Shown here one piece after another: positions 9,953-19,655 of a DNA stretch of 64,000 nucleotides. The notes beneath the pieces are model-generated. The model was not told the DNA's origin, made no database searches, and worked only from the letters and a program-made list of their open reading frames with translations. Both the position numbers and the translations under genes were made by a program. This DNA is from Opitutales bacterium (GTDB taxonomy: Bacteria > Verrucomicrobiota > Verrucomicrobiia > Opitutales > Seribacteraceae). The stretch is from the NCBI GenBank assembly GCA_045567635.1, contig JBJLCO010000032.1, positions 9,222-73,221 on the forward strand, in the 5' to 3' direction. Each line of letters starts with the position of its first letter. Within the stretch, counting starts at the first letter, position 1.

Positions 9953-10675
9953 ATGAGCGAGGAATTTAAAAAACTTCCCTCCCTCAAGGATCTCCCCCTT
10001 GAAGAAAGACCACAGGAAAGGCTGGAGAAACTAGGTCCCTCCGCTCTGTCCGACCGTGAGTTGCTTGCCATGCTCGTGCGCTCAGGAACCGCCAATCATG
10101 ATGTACTTGCCATTGCAGACGAATTAATTTTATCTGCGGGTTCTCTTGCTGGTCTTCTCCGCTGGGATGCATCCGATTTCAGGAGAGTGAAAGGAATAGG
10201 TAAGGTCAAGGCACTCCAATTAAGCACGCAGGTGGAAATTGCCAAGCGCATGATGCGTGATCAAAGAAATAGTGATATTCCTATGGACGAGCCGCAAAAA
10301 GTGTGGGAGTTTTTATATCCCGAAGTGCGGTCAGATTCGGTGGAAAAGGTATGGGTCCTGTGCCTCGACCGAAAAAATAAGTTGATCCGGGCGGAACCTG
10401 TCACTTCAGGCACGGCCACAGGCAGTTTGGTTCATCCACGCGAAGTATTTCGTCCTGCCATTCGCCACGGAGCATCTGCAGTCATTCTTGCCCACAATCA
10501 TCCCAGTGGGGATCCAACTCCCAGCTCCGCGGATCTACGGGTGACCAAAAAGATTTTTGAAGCTTCCAAACAGTTGGACATTGAGATGCACGATCATGTC
10601 ATCCTCGGAGAAACAGAAAACTGTCCGAATTCTCTGGGTTACTACAGTTTTTCTGATTCGGGCTTGCTCGGGTAA
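9953..10675 (+). CDS. radC: RadC-family JAB/MPN domain protein
   Basis: An HhH-like N-terminus followed by an intact JAMM motif, AHNHPSGDPTPSSAD. Confidence 0.85.
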   Translation: MSEEFKKLPSLKDLPLEERPQERLEKLGPSALSDRELLAMLVRSGTANHDVLAIADELILSAGSLAGLLRWDASDFRRVKGIGKVKALQLSTQVEIAKRMMRDQRNSDIPMDEPQKVWEFLYPEVRSDSVEKVWVLCLDRKNKLIRAEPVTSGTATGSLVHPREVFRPAIRHGASAVILAHNHPSGDPTPSSADLRVTKKIFEASKQLDIEMHDHVILGETENCPNSLGYYSFSDSGLLG

Positions 10676-10735
10676 AGTTGAGGACCGGAAGGTTTGCAGT
10701 CACTCAAAAAAAGTGGAATTTTTAAAGTTCGCGTT

Positions 10736-12910
10736 TCAATCAGGAGATAAAATGCGTACGCTCCATTTTGCCACGGCAAATGCCAAGCCAAATGGCTGAT
10801 TATTTCTGCCCTCATTAAAACTCGAGAAATTGATTCCACCCGCGGAGCCTTCCCCCCCATAATCGGTTCCATCACTGTCAAGGATGACCTTCCAGTTTCC
10901 CTCATGCGGGCAGCCCCAGTCGCGATGGACAAGATGATCAGAAAAATTACAGGCAATGAGAAGAGTCTCATCCACAGAACCGCCAAACTTCAAAAAGGAA
11001 ATTGTTTGCCCATCCTGGTCATTGCAATCTATCCATTGAAATTTATCTTCCTTGTGATCCACATCGCTCCATGAAGGGTGGGAAAGGTAAAGATGATTTA
11101 AATCCGAAACCAGTTTCTTTAATCCGGAATGGAGTGGAAAATCAAGCAGAGGCCAGTCCAAGGGTGAGTCGCAGTCCCACTCCTTCCACTGACCAAATTC
11201 ACATCCCATAAAGAGAGTCTTCTTTCCAGGCCATGTCCATTGAAGAGAAAACAATGCCCGTAGGTTCGCGAGCCTGTCCCCTTCCTGAACAAGACCCATT
11301 TTATTGGCAAGAGATCCCTTCCCGTGCACCACTTCATCATGAGAGAACGACTGAACAAAATTCTCCGAAAATTGGTAGGTCGCACCAAAAGTCAGATTAT
11401 TGTGAACGCCAGATCGGTGCTCAGGGGAAGCTTGAAAATAGGAAAGGACATCGTGCATCCATCCCATATTCCATTTAAAATCAAATCCCAGACCTCCCAC
11501 CGCTGGGGGCTGGGTAATCTGAGGGAAAGCGGTGGATTCTTCGGCAATACTGATAACCCCGGGATACTCCTCGTGAATGGCCTGGTTGAACTGACGAATA
11601 AATTCGATTGCCTCAAGATTTTCCTTCCCTCCATGCCTGTTCGGTATCCATTGTCCATCTTCCCGTCCATAATCGAGATAAAGCATGGACGCCACCGCAT
11701 CCACCCTAAAGCCGGACACTCCAAAGCGATCGAGCCAACATAACGCGCTTCCAATTAAAAAGCTTCGCACCTCGGATCGACCATAATTAAAAATCAGGGT
11801 GTCCCACTCCGCATGTTTTCCCTGCCTGGGATCCTCATGTTCGAATAATGCCGTACCGTCAAAGCGGGCCAGCGAAAATTCATCACTTGGGAAATGAGCA
11901 GGTACCCAGTCTAAAATCACTCCAATATTCGCCTCTGCGCAGGCCTCCACCAGTTTCTTGAATTCCTCCGGTGTGCCGTAGCGATTGGTCGGTGCATAAA
12001 ATCCAGTGACCTGATACCCCCAGGATGCTCCGAACGGATATTCACTCAGTGGTAAGAACTCAACATGAGAAAAACCCATTTCAGTCAAATAAGGCGGTAA
12101 TTGTTCGGCCAACTCAAGATAGCTTAACGGGCGATCTTCCCCGCCCGCAAATTTCCAGGAACCCAAATGCATTTCGTAAATAGATACCGGACTGGTACGC
12201 GGATTGGAAAAGGCATTCTCACCCACACCTTTTCTTATTGGATCCCTCGGATAAATGATCGAGGCGTTTCCGGGAGGCGGTTCAAAACGTAAACCAAAGG
12301 GATCAGTCTTTTCCCTCATCACTCCATCCGCACCCAGGACCCGGAACTTATATTTTTCCCCGACCTGAGCTCCGGGCACAAAAATTTCCCGGCAACCGGA
12401 AGAACCCAGCGAACGCATGGGAAGCGAGTTAACTCGCCAATGATTAAAATCACCGACCAGGTGCACACTTTGTGCTGAAGGGGCCCAAACCACAAAAGCA
12501 ACTCCGTCCATTCCGTTTTTGGTTGTGGGAAATGAACCAAGTTTTTGATAGGGCCTGCGGTCAGTTCCCTGATTAAATTGAGCAAGCTCTTCGTTTGAAA
12601 TGTGGGGTAAAAATCCATACGGGTCTTGCCAATCCACCTCAATACCCGAGTGCACGGAACAAAAGGAATATGGGAAATACTCCTCCTTGCCTAAAATCTC
12701 TGCCTCAAAAAAACCATCCGGATGAATCTTGTTCATTGGAAACAAAGTATCTGAACTCCGGTCCACCAAGCTGACTTGATCAGCACCCGGATCGAGTGCA
12801 CGGGCAACCAATCCGAGCCCCGGTCCGATTTCATGCAGTCCTAAAAAGTCATGCGGACTTCCTATTTTTCCTGACCAGCAGGCATCAAGTTCAGTTTGAT
12901 TGATTATCAT
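10736..12910 (-). CDS. glgB: 1,4-alpha-glucan branching enzyme
   Basis: 724 aa with the GH13 catalytic blocks GFRVDAVASMLY, IAEESTAFP and FSHDEVVHGK. Confidence 0.95.
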   Translation of the reverse strand: MIINQTELDACWSGKIGSPHDFLGLHEIGPGLGLVARALDPGADQVSLVDRSSDTLFPMNKIHPDGFFEAEILGKEEYFPYSFCSVHSGIEVDWQDPYGFLPHISNEELAQFNQGTDRRPYQKLGSFPTTKNGMDGVAFVVWAPSAQSVHLVGDFNHWRVNSLPMRSLGSSGCREIFVPGAQVGEKYKFRVLGADGVMREKTDPFGLRFEPPPGNASIIYPRDPIRKGVGENAFSNPRTSPVSIYEMHLGSWKFAGGEDRPLSYLELAEQLPPYLTEMGFSHVEFLPLSEYPFGASWGYQVTGFYAPTNRYGTPEEFKKLVEACAEANIGVILDWVPAHFPSDEFSLARFDGTALFEHEDPRQGKHAEWDTLIFNYGRSEVRSFLIGSALCWLDRFGVSGFRVDAVASMLYLDYGREDGQWIPNRHGGKENLEAIEFIRQFNQAIHEEYPGVISIAEESTAFPQITQPPAVGGLGFDFKWNMGWMHDVLSYFQASPEHRSGVHNNLTFGATYQFSENFVQSFSHDEVVHGKGSLANKMGLVQEGDRLANLRALFSLQWTWPGKKTLFMGCEFGQWKEWDCDSPLDWPLLDFPLHSGLKKLVSDLNHLYLSHPSWSDVDHKEDKFQWIDCNDQDGQTISFLKFGGSVDETLLIACNFSDHLVHRDWGCPHEGNWKVILDSDGTDYGGEGSAGGINFSSFNEGRNNQPFGLAFAVAKWSVRILSPD

Positions 12911-13027
12911 GTATCATGGCATGGGATCAGAAAACCCTTAGTCTAAAGAAGTTGAAAAAGGGAGAAAGTAATCGAAATTTCATTTCGTTCTTGTTTATGG
13001 CGTGTATCCTCGCATCTTAAACATCAA

Positions 13028-15124
13028 GTGAAAACCTTTTTTTTCTCATTTTTAATTTCATCTCTTTCCACTCTCGCATCTACACCGAACGAGGTGAAAA
13101 CTGCTGAAAACTTAAATAAAACGATTCTGGATGCTGAAAATGAAGTTTTTTTTGATGGCAAACGAGGGAAGCTTATCGCCACTCCCAATGCCCGGCTCCG
13201 CAGTGGGGACATTTTATTAATCGCCAAACGAATCGAACTGGATCAAAAGCAAAACGAAGCCGTAGCGATCGGGAATGTCATTTTGAGCGACGGGGAATTC
13301 CGTCTTCTTTGTGAAAATATGCAAATTAATTTAATTTCCGGTGATTTCAATGCGACGAATGTAAAATTTGGTATCTATCCGTGGGCAATTCAGGCGGAAG
13401 AAATCAGTCGGACCAAGTCCACCGTTCAAGGATTGGAATCCGGACTTTATTTTCTAGGCAAGGAAAAATATGAACCTAATCTTAAAATTCGTAAATTAAA
13501 ATTGGATCAGGAGAAAGATAATGTGGATGCCTCCGGAGTATTCCTGAGAATGGGAAATCAAACAATCGGCCGACTTCCTTCGTTTTCCGGAAAAATCGGG
13601 AAAAAATCACTTCGCTTTGATCTTCGGGCGGGCAATCGAAAAAATCTTGGCTGGTATTTGGGTACGGGGGGGGAGTGGAAATTAAATTCCACGCTTTCAT
13701 CAAACACCGAAATAACGGCGTATTCGAAAAGAGGATTCCTCGTTTCCCCGAATTTCGAATGGGATTCCTCTACGACCGGGTCCCAGTATTCCGGTACAAT
13801 TGAAAGCGGTTGGATTTACGATCAGGGAAAAAGCCGGGGAAATGATATTCAGGGCCTCCCATTGGGAAGAGATCGTTCTTTCCTTCATGCATACTCAGTT
13901 AACAGAGTTCACGATAATTGGCGCATTGCCGGACAACTCGAATGGAATAAGGATTCTGAAGTCATCCGGGATTTTCAGAGAGATCAGTTTTACCAAAATC
14001 AATGGAATGATTCTTTTACGGAGCTTGCTTATGAAGGACGAATTTGGCGGATTTCCACGCTTTCCCGCTGGCAGGCAAACCAATACGAGGCAATTACAGC
14101 ACAGCTCCCCACCATACGGTTCGACTTGGCCCCCTGCCCCATTGCCAAAAGTAAATTCTACCACTCCATGAACTTTGAATTTTCCGCCCTGAGGGATAGG
14201 GACGGAGTTGGGAAATTAATCCAAAAATCAACCAAGCTCGACGGGGCTTATAAAATTATCAGACCAATCAGATTCGGAAACGGATTAATTTATTCCCCCC
14301 ACCTTTCATACCGAAGTCAGAATTATTCTCTGGATGGACCCAATGCCAGGCGCAGCATGGGCGAGTGGGGGAATGAGGTACGGTATGATATTTATGGAGA
14401 TTATGACTGGAAAAATACCACATGGGGAATCGATCAAATCCGTCATGTGGTCGGTTTTTCAGTCTCTCATCGCAAACTAAGCCGATTGAGTGCCAACCGA
14501 GAATCCCTTATTCCCCAAATTGACAACCCATTCTCCGAACTTAATCTTACTCCCATTGATTTAACAGACCATTTGCAAGCCGATGGTTTGAATCCATATG
14601 AAGTCGTTCGCCTCGGATATGAAAATGAATTCCTTACCCGAACCGGAAATAAAAGCCGCAGCATTGCATCCATTAACTTTTTCCATGACCTGTATCATCA
14701 TAATCAATCAACTGATTATTCCCCCGAAGAGTTTTTTGCCGGTTTCGCGATTAATCCAGCTCCATGGATATTCCTCAGGGGACAGTCAAAACTTGATACT
14801 GATCTCGATCAAGTGATTCGGAACAGCTTCTCGGTTCAACTCGTGGATGGTACTTTCAACAGGGTTGAAATTGGTTATTCCAAATATCTAACATTTCTCG
14901 ATCAGTGGCGGATATCTGCAATGCACCGCTGGAGTGAGAGTAAAATCTTCCACGGTTCAATCTCCATTGAAAAAGAAACTGACAATATTCCTTATTGGCA
15001 TATTGGAATCGAGCACCAAAGCTCACCTGCATGGACTTGGTTATTTTCTCTTAGCGGTCGGAATGGAACCGCGAAGGAAAATGAAACTGAATTTGCGTTA
15101 AGCACGAGAATCTTTGCCTTTTAA
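13028..15124 (+). CDS. lptD: LptD/OstA-like outer-membrane LPS-assembly protein
   Basis: Signal peptide, then an OstA-like N-domain (GNVILSDGEFRLLCENMQINLISGDFNATNV), a long strand-rich C-terminus and a terminal aromatic (..TRIFAF). GTG start. Confidence 0.55.
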   Translation: MKTFFFSFLISSLSTLASTPNEVKTAENLNKTILDAENEVFFDGKRGKLIATPNARLRSGDILLIAKRIELDQKQNEAVAIGNVILSDGEFRLLCENMQINLISGDFNATNVKFGIYPWAIQAEEISRTKSTVQGLESGLYFLGKEKYEPNLKIRKLKLDQEKDNVDASGVFLRMGNQTIGRLPSFSGKIGKKSLRFDLRAGNRKNLGWYLGTGGEWKLNSTLSSNTEITAYSKRGFLVSPNFEWDSSTTGSQYSGTIESGWIYDQGKSRGNDIQGLPLGRDRSFLHAYSVNRVHDNWRIAGQLEWNKDSEVIRDFQRDQFYQNQWNDSFTELAYEGRIWRISTLSRWQANQYEAITAQLPTIRFDLAPCPIAKSKFYHSMNFEFSALRDRDGVGKLIQKSTKLDGAYKIIRPIRFGNGLIYSPHLSYRSQNYSLDGPNARRSMGEWGNEVRYDIYGDYDWKNTTWGIDQIRHVVGFSVSHRKLSRLSANRESLIPQIDNPFSELNLTPIDLTDHLQADGLNPYEVVRLGYENEFLTRTGNKSRSIASINFFHDLYHHNQSTDYSPEEFFAGFAINPAPWIFLRGQSKLDTDLDQVIRNSFSVQLVDGTFNRVEIGYSKYLTFLDQWRISAMHRWSESKIFHGSISIEKETDNIPYWHIGIEHQSSPAWTWLFSLSGRNGTAKENETEFALSTRIFAF

Positions 15125-15190
15125 ACAATCAATAAATAAATTAAGTACTAATTGACTTAACTATTAATTTTTAAATAGGATATATCATTC

Positions 15191-15466
15191 ATGAATAAAA
15201 GATACGAACATCCACATATTCCTTACAAAGACCCAAAAGTTATGGCTCATCTGTTTGGTTTAGGTCTGGATTGCACCGACGGACATAAACGAATTACCCA
15301 AGCTGATAAGTTTTCCATCCTTGGCGGATCAGAAAACACCCATGATAAAATGACTGAAACTCTCTGCAAAACATTCGAGGATCTTTCTATCAAAGGTAAG
15401 ACAATCGAAAATTCTTCTATGGAGGAAATCTCAGATCTCATTCAAAAAAACACCCCCAAAGATTAA
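15191..15466 (+). CDS. hypothetical small protein (91 aa)
   Basis: ORF co-directional with its neighbours. Protein-like composition (HLFGLGLDCTDGHKRITQADKFSILGGSENTH..). No family recognised. Confidence 0.5.
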   Translation: MNKRYEHPHIPYKDPKVMAHLFGLGLDCTDGHKRITQADKFSILGGSENTHDKMTETLCKTFEDLSIKGKTIENSSMEEISDLIQKNTPKD

Positions 15467-15512
15467 ATCTTTCGCTTGCACTGTCCTATTTTTACCTTTG
15501 AATTAATTTCTT

Positions 15513-16220
15513 ATGTCTGAACAAGGAACACCCAACCCACCCAAGCCCACACTTAAACTTACCCCCAAGGAAGGTGCCCCCGTTAAACCGGGCGAGGGAG
15601 GTCCCAAGTTCAGGGTGACCCGCTCACCATTTGCACCTAAAATTAAACCGACGGATGGCACGCCGGCTCCTATGCCCTCACCTGGTGTCGCTTCGCCTGC
15701 AGCCGCTGCACCGCAACCACCCACACCCGGACTTCCATCGCCCCCTGCACCGGTTGCACCTTCTGCCCCCGCGACCGCACCGGCTCCAATACCCAGTCCG
15801 ACGCCGAGTCTACCCAAAGTTGGACAAGCACCCGCTGCACCGCTTCCCACACCCGCGGCACCGGGCCCAGCCCCCACTTTAGCTTCCCCCACCCTGCCTC
15901 CCTCCCCCGCTTTACCTGCCCCCGGTGGTCCGGTTCCTGCTCCCGGCGGCCCCAAGCCTTCACTTGAGGCACCCAAAGGTGGCCCGTCTCTTCCTGCTCC
16001 CGGTGGTGCTCCCCTTGCACCTGCTATGGGGGCGGCACCCGGAGTTGCACCTATGCCCAGTCCTATGGGTGCACCCCCGCCCGGTGCACCCGGTCTTCCC
16101 GGACCAGCGTCGGCTGCTCCTGAAAAAAAGAAACGGCCAAGTATCATTTTATTGATCCTCGATTTCCTTGTATTTGGTGGTGCTATTGCCGCCATGGTTC
16201 TCCTTTTCATTGCAAATTAA
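15513..16220 (+). CDS. Pro/Ala-rich low-complexity protein with a C-terminal transmembrane anchor
   Basis: About 200 aa of PAPxP/PAPGG-type repeats, then EKKKRPS and the hydrophobic tail IILLILDFLVFGGAIAAMVLLFIAN. The mirror ORF at 15503..16210(-) is also open. I prefer the plus strand because of the TM anchor and the orientation of the neighbours. Confidence 0.5.
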   Translation: MSEQGTPNPPKPTLKLTPKEGAPVKPGEGGPKFRVTRSPFAPKIKPTDGTPAPMPSPGVASPAAAAPQPPTPGLPSPPAPVAPSAPATAPAPIPSPTPSLPKVGQAPAAPLPTPAAPGPAPTLASPTLPPSPALPAPGGPVPAPGGPKPSLEAPKGGPSLPAPGGAPLAPAMGAAPGVAPMPSPMGAPPPGAPGLPGPASAAPEKKKRPSIILLILDFLVFGGAIAAMVLLFIAN

Positions 16221-16252
16221 TTCCAAAAAAAAGTAATCAATTAAACCACATA

Positions 16253-16570
16253 ATGAGCGAACTCGTTAATTTAAACAAAGAAAGCTTCGATAAAGTCATC
16301 TCATCCAAAGAGAAAACATTAATTATAGACTTTTGGGCCCCCTGGTGCGGACCCTGCAAAGCTCTTTCCCCCGTTCTCGAGGAATTGTCCTCCGAAATGA
16401 GTGATCAAGTGGGTATCTACAAAGTTAATGTGGATGATAATACCGAGCTCGCACAGGAACATGGTGTTCAGTCAATACCCACTCTTTTAGTTTACAAAAA
16501 TGGTTCTTTATCCGAGACAATTGTCGGTTTAAAAACCAAAGAAGAATTGATCGAGATTGTGAATGCCTGA
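16253..16570 (+). CDS. trxA: thioredoxin
   Basis: 105 aa with the WAPWCGPCK active site. Confidence 0.9.
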   Translation: MSELVNLNKESFDKVISSKEKTLIIDFWAPWCGPCKALSPVLEELSSEMSDQVGIYKVNVDDNTELAQEHGVQSIPTLLVYKNGSLSETIVGLKTKEELIEIVNA

Positions 16571-16592
16571 TTTCAGGCGACCCATTCTCATA

Positions 16593-17474
16593 TTATCTGA
16601 CCAAAGACCAAGCGGTCAAAATCCCGAATAACAGTACGGAAACTGCGCTGGAGCTAAGCAAAAAGCTGTAATCGCATTTTTGCTTCGCACGGATTAACCT
16701 GAATACTAGATACAACCCGAATGGGAACAATATGGTTACCAATCCCAGTCGGTTGTCAATAAGCGGACACAGGACACACGGAATCAGAAATCCGCAAAAA
16801 TAAAGTGCCAGTCCAAAGTTCTTCCCAAGGAGAACAACACTGGTATTCTTGCGTACTTTCTGATCAGTCTTTCGGTCCCGGTAATTATTGACCACCAGCA
16901 GATTGTTGATCATAAATCCAGTGCCCATCGGAATCAGCCAGTTCGGCACCCACATCTCTCCTGCGTCTGTCAAAAGCACATAATGGGTCATCCCCACCGC
17001 GACGAATCCAAAAAAAAGAATGACAAACACATCACCCAATCCATTATATGCCAACGGGAAAGGTCCTCCCGTATACGCAATTGCACAAAATACACTGGAA
17101 ATTCCCACTAGAAGAAGAAAACGGCTTGAACCCGAGCTTTCCATGATGAACACCCCCAGTGCAAATGCCAGGATCAGGAATAAAAAGGAAACATTTCTCA
17201 GGTGCACTCCCTGAATCAAACCCTTGCTCGAGAAACGTTGGGGACCCAGTGTTCGTTGTTCATCAGCCCCCCTGATAAAATCAAAATAATCATTGGCAAA
17301 GTTGGTCGCAATCTGAACCAGCATGGCAAAAGCCAGACACATACCAATCAGACTGACTGATAACTCCCTATGCTGATTAAAAGCAAGGGACACTCCCAGC
17401 GAAACTGGAATGACAGATGCCACTAGGGTTTTCGGACGTGCGGCAAGCAGCCAAGAAACAATCATTTTCTTCAC
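16593..17474 (-). CDS. menA: 1,4-dihydroxy-2-naphthoate polyprenyltransferase (UbiA family)
   Basis: Polytopic membrane protein with the NFANDYFDFIRGAD motif (N-x3-D-x3-D type). Confidence 0.8.
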   Translation of the reverse strand: MKKMIVSWLLAARPKTLVASVIPVSLGVSLAFNQHRELSVSLIGMCLAFAMLVQIATNFANDYFDFIRGADEQRTLGPQRFSSKGLIQGVHLRNVSFLFLILAFALGVFIMESSGSSRFLLLVGISSVFCAIAYTGGPFPLAYNGLGDVFVILFFGFVAVGMTHYVLLTDAGEMWVPNWLIPMGTGFMINNLLVVNNYRDRKTDQKVRKNTSVVLLGKNFGLALYFCGFLIPCVLCPLIDNRLGLVTILFPFGLYLVFRLIRAKQKCDYSFLLSSSAVSVLLFGILTAWSLVR

Positions 17475-17489
17475 CGGGCGAAAAATTCC

Positions 17490-18239
17490 CTAACGGGTCA
17501 TTGCCAGTGGAAACCGAAAATGTGTGCGGTAACGATTGGAAACTCTTCGGAATCCATCGTCCCCCCTCGAGGGATCCGGCAGCTTGTAAGGCCATTGTAT
17601 ATCAACTTGCAAGGCAAGGAATCCATTACTTGGATGATGGCGATGGCGATGCTCAAGCGGATATTGCGAACATTTAATCAAAAAGTATCTTTCCCCTTCC
17701 GGAATCCAACGGGCGGAATAAGGAAACTCAGTTTCATTCCCTTTGATTCCAACGAGAGAGAGTGGTGTGCCATCACTCGTTTGATTGAAGGTTACACTGC
17801 TTCCTCCGGATTCACTGGTCCATGAAGCCTGCATTTTTCCTTCCACGAGACTGGATGCATCATTGATCAAGTTTCTGTCATTTTCCACGACCTGCTCAAA
17901 CTCAACACGATGCCCCTCCTTTGGAGCCACCAGCAGTAAGCTCCATCGACTCTCTGCCATATCTTCCGGTGCAAAAGATGAAATTCCCTTTATTCTTTGT
18001 GTGCCCCGTTCCACCAGGCTGAATCCCATTCGTTCGAGTTCGACCTGCACCGCGTCCACCAGTCCATAGGCAATATTTTGCTCCCGCACTTTACCCACTC
18101 CCTCAACTCCCCAGGGAAGAAATCCGAGCAATCCTCCAATTAAAAATCCAAATACCGCAAGAGCAATGACCACTTCCAATAAAGTGAATCCATTCTTTAT
18201 GGATTTTTTTCCCTCCGCTAATTTTTTTTTCAGATTCAT
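17490..18239 (-). CDS. prepilin-type N-terminal cleavage/methylation domain protein (minor pseudopilin-like)
   Basis: Leader ..SIKNG followed by FTLLEVVIALAVFGFLIGG (Gly at -1, Phe at +1, Glu at +5). ATGA overlap with the upstream gene at 18236-18239. Confidence 0.7.
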   Translation of the reverse strand: MNLKKKLAEGKKSIKNGFTLLEVVIALAVFGFLIGGLLGFLPWGVEGVGKVREQNIAYGLVDAVQVELERMGFSLVERGTQRIKGISSFAPEDMAESRWSLLLVAPKEGHRVEFEQVVENDRNLINDASSLVEGKMQASWTSESGGSSVTFNQTSDGTPLSLVGIKGNETEFPYSARWIPEGERYFLIKCSQYPLEHRHRHHPSNGFLALQVDIQWPYKLPDPSRGDDGFRRVSNRYRTHFRFPLAMTR

Positions 18240-18955
18240 TCAAAATCTTCCAGTTCTAGCACCGCAAACCCACCATACCGGCGAAGTAAAATACCCGCGA
18301 TTGAATTTGGATTATCAAACCGGACGGGTTTCCCCTGGCCGGTTGGATTGGGCGATCCGACCCCGAGGACGAGTCTCGGAGATTTTTGCATCCCTCCCCC
18401 GGAAGACTCGGGGAAAACAACATTACCCACCTGATCAAAGGCAAGGTAGCGAAAATTGTTGTCCCCGTTTATTTTCCTCTCTCCCTTAAAAGAATCTGCC
18501 AAAGAAAAATCATCTTTATCATCACTCCAAATTGTGTAGGCATCGCTTCTCCATTCTGTAGGAGTTTCAGATTTACTTTCATCTTCTGGAACAAAGTAGA
18601 CTCCTTCAGTCAGGTATTTCCCCTCCCCCATTACCAGCCATTTCACATCACCGGTCGTGGAACAGGTGTCCTGGACCAAAATCTCGACATAACGGTGATA
18701 TTTATCAAGATCCCCTTCGGTATTATTAACGATCAACCTGGTCTCACTTCCGGAAAGTGCGGCCCGGGAGCGCGCCTGCTGTACTAATCCAAGCAGTTCC
18801 CTCTGAGCGGAACCCAGTTCCGCCCCACCCCCGCCTAGCAATGAAAACCCAACCAATCCCATCATCAGTCCCATCACGGCGAGCACAATAAGCAATTCCA
18901 ACAGCGTAAAACCGCTGCACTTATTATATTTGTACCGGGGATCCACCTTCAACAA
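18236..18955 (-). CDS. prepilin-type pseudopilin (GspH-like)
   Basis: ..KCSG followed by FTLLELLIVLAVMGLMMGL, then the helical AELGSAQRELLGLVQQARSRA. Confidence 0.7.
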   Translation of the reverse strand: MLKVDPRYKYNKCSGFTLLELLIVLAVMGLMMGLVGFSLLGGGGAELGSAQRELLGLVQQARSRAALSGSETRLIVNNTEGDLDKYHRYVEILVQDTCSTTGDVKWLVMGEGKYLTEGVYFVPEDESKSETPTEWRSDAYTIWSDDKDDFSLADSFKGERKINGDNNFRYLAFDQVGNVVFPESSGGGMQKSPRLVLGVGSPNPTGQGKPVRFDNPNSIAGILLRRYGGFAVLELEDFE

Positions 18956-18956
18956 A

Positions 18957-19655
18957 TTATTCCTCCTCTAAGTATTTGGTAATGTCCCAGGAAAACACAT
19001 TGTTGGTATCGGTTTCACCCAGGTCATCATAAAGAACGAAAATACCCACTTTTTCACGGATGACGGAAATCTTTTCTTTTGCGGCGTCCACCACTTCAGA
19101 GCTGTAATCATTTTTCAAAGCATCCATAATCTCCCCGACTGTGGCGTCATCTAACTTAATCAATCCGTCACCATCCTGATCCACGACGACCCGGATTTTC
19201 TTTCCGCCCCAGGAATCCGCAAGGTATCCTTCCGATCCAAATTCATCCTCTGAAAAGGAATGAAACTCACGACCTTTCCGGTTTTGGTCCCTCAGTTCAC
19301 TCCCCTGAGCCACGGGTTGCCATACAGATGTGTCTGGATCCCACTTCATTCCTTTAAGTGCTACAATAAAGGAGTCATGATTGATTTCCTCCGAAAGGAG
19401 AAGGGGTTTTCCCTCCGCTTCTTCAAGTAGAAAGGGTGGAAAGTATTTGTAGAATTCCTTATACTGATAAAGTTGGGTGACCCAGGAGCGAAAGATGGAC
19501 TGAGATTTCTTGACTTTCGAATTGGTCAGCAGGTCGAAAACCCGCGGTCCGACCATACCCATCAAAATGCCAATCACGGCAATGACCACTAATAATTCAA
19601 TCAGGGTGAACCCCCGTAATTTGGATTTTTTATTTCTCATAAAATTCATTACCAT
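18957..19655 (-). CDS. prepilin-type pseudopilin with an EF-hand-like loop
   Basis: ..KLRG followed by FTLIELLVVIAVIGILMG. Contains DQDGDGLIKLDD (residues 159-170). An alternative start Met is 15 nt downstream. Confidence 0.7.
   Translation of the reverse strand: MVMNFMRNKKSKLRGFTLIELLVVIAVIGILMGMVGPRVFDLLTNSKVKKSQSIFRSWVTQLYQYKEFYKYFPPFLLEEAEGKPLLLSEEINHDSFIVALKGMKWDPDTSVWQPVAQGSELRDQNRKGREFHSFSEDEFGSEGYLADSWGGKKIRVVVDQDGDGLIKLDDATVGEIMDALKNDYSSEVVDAAKEKISVIREKVGIFVLYDDLGETDTNNVFSWDITKYLEEE

Noticed and set aside
15503-16210. 235-aa Gly-rich ORF mirroring the Pro-rich gene
   Set aside because: CCN/GCN-rich coding sequence automatically keeps the complementary frame open. The minus product has no signal or TM segment and opposes the local gene orientation. 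This is not fully excluded (see finding).
16565-16578. Palindrome gcctgatttcaggc overlapping the trxA stop
   Set aside because: Only 4-6 bp of effective stem with a tiny loop and no U-tract. Probably fortuitous.
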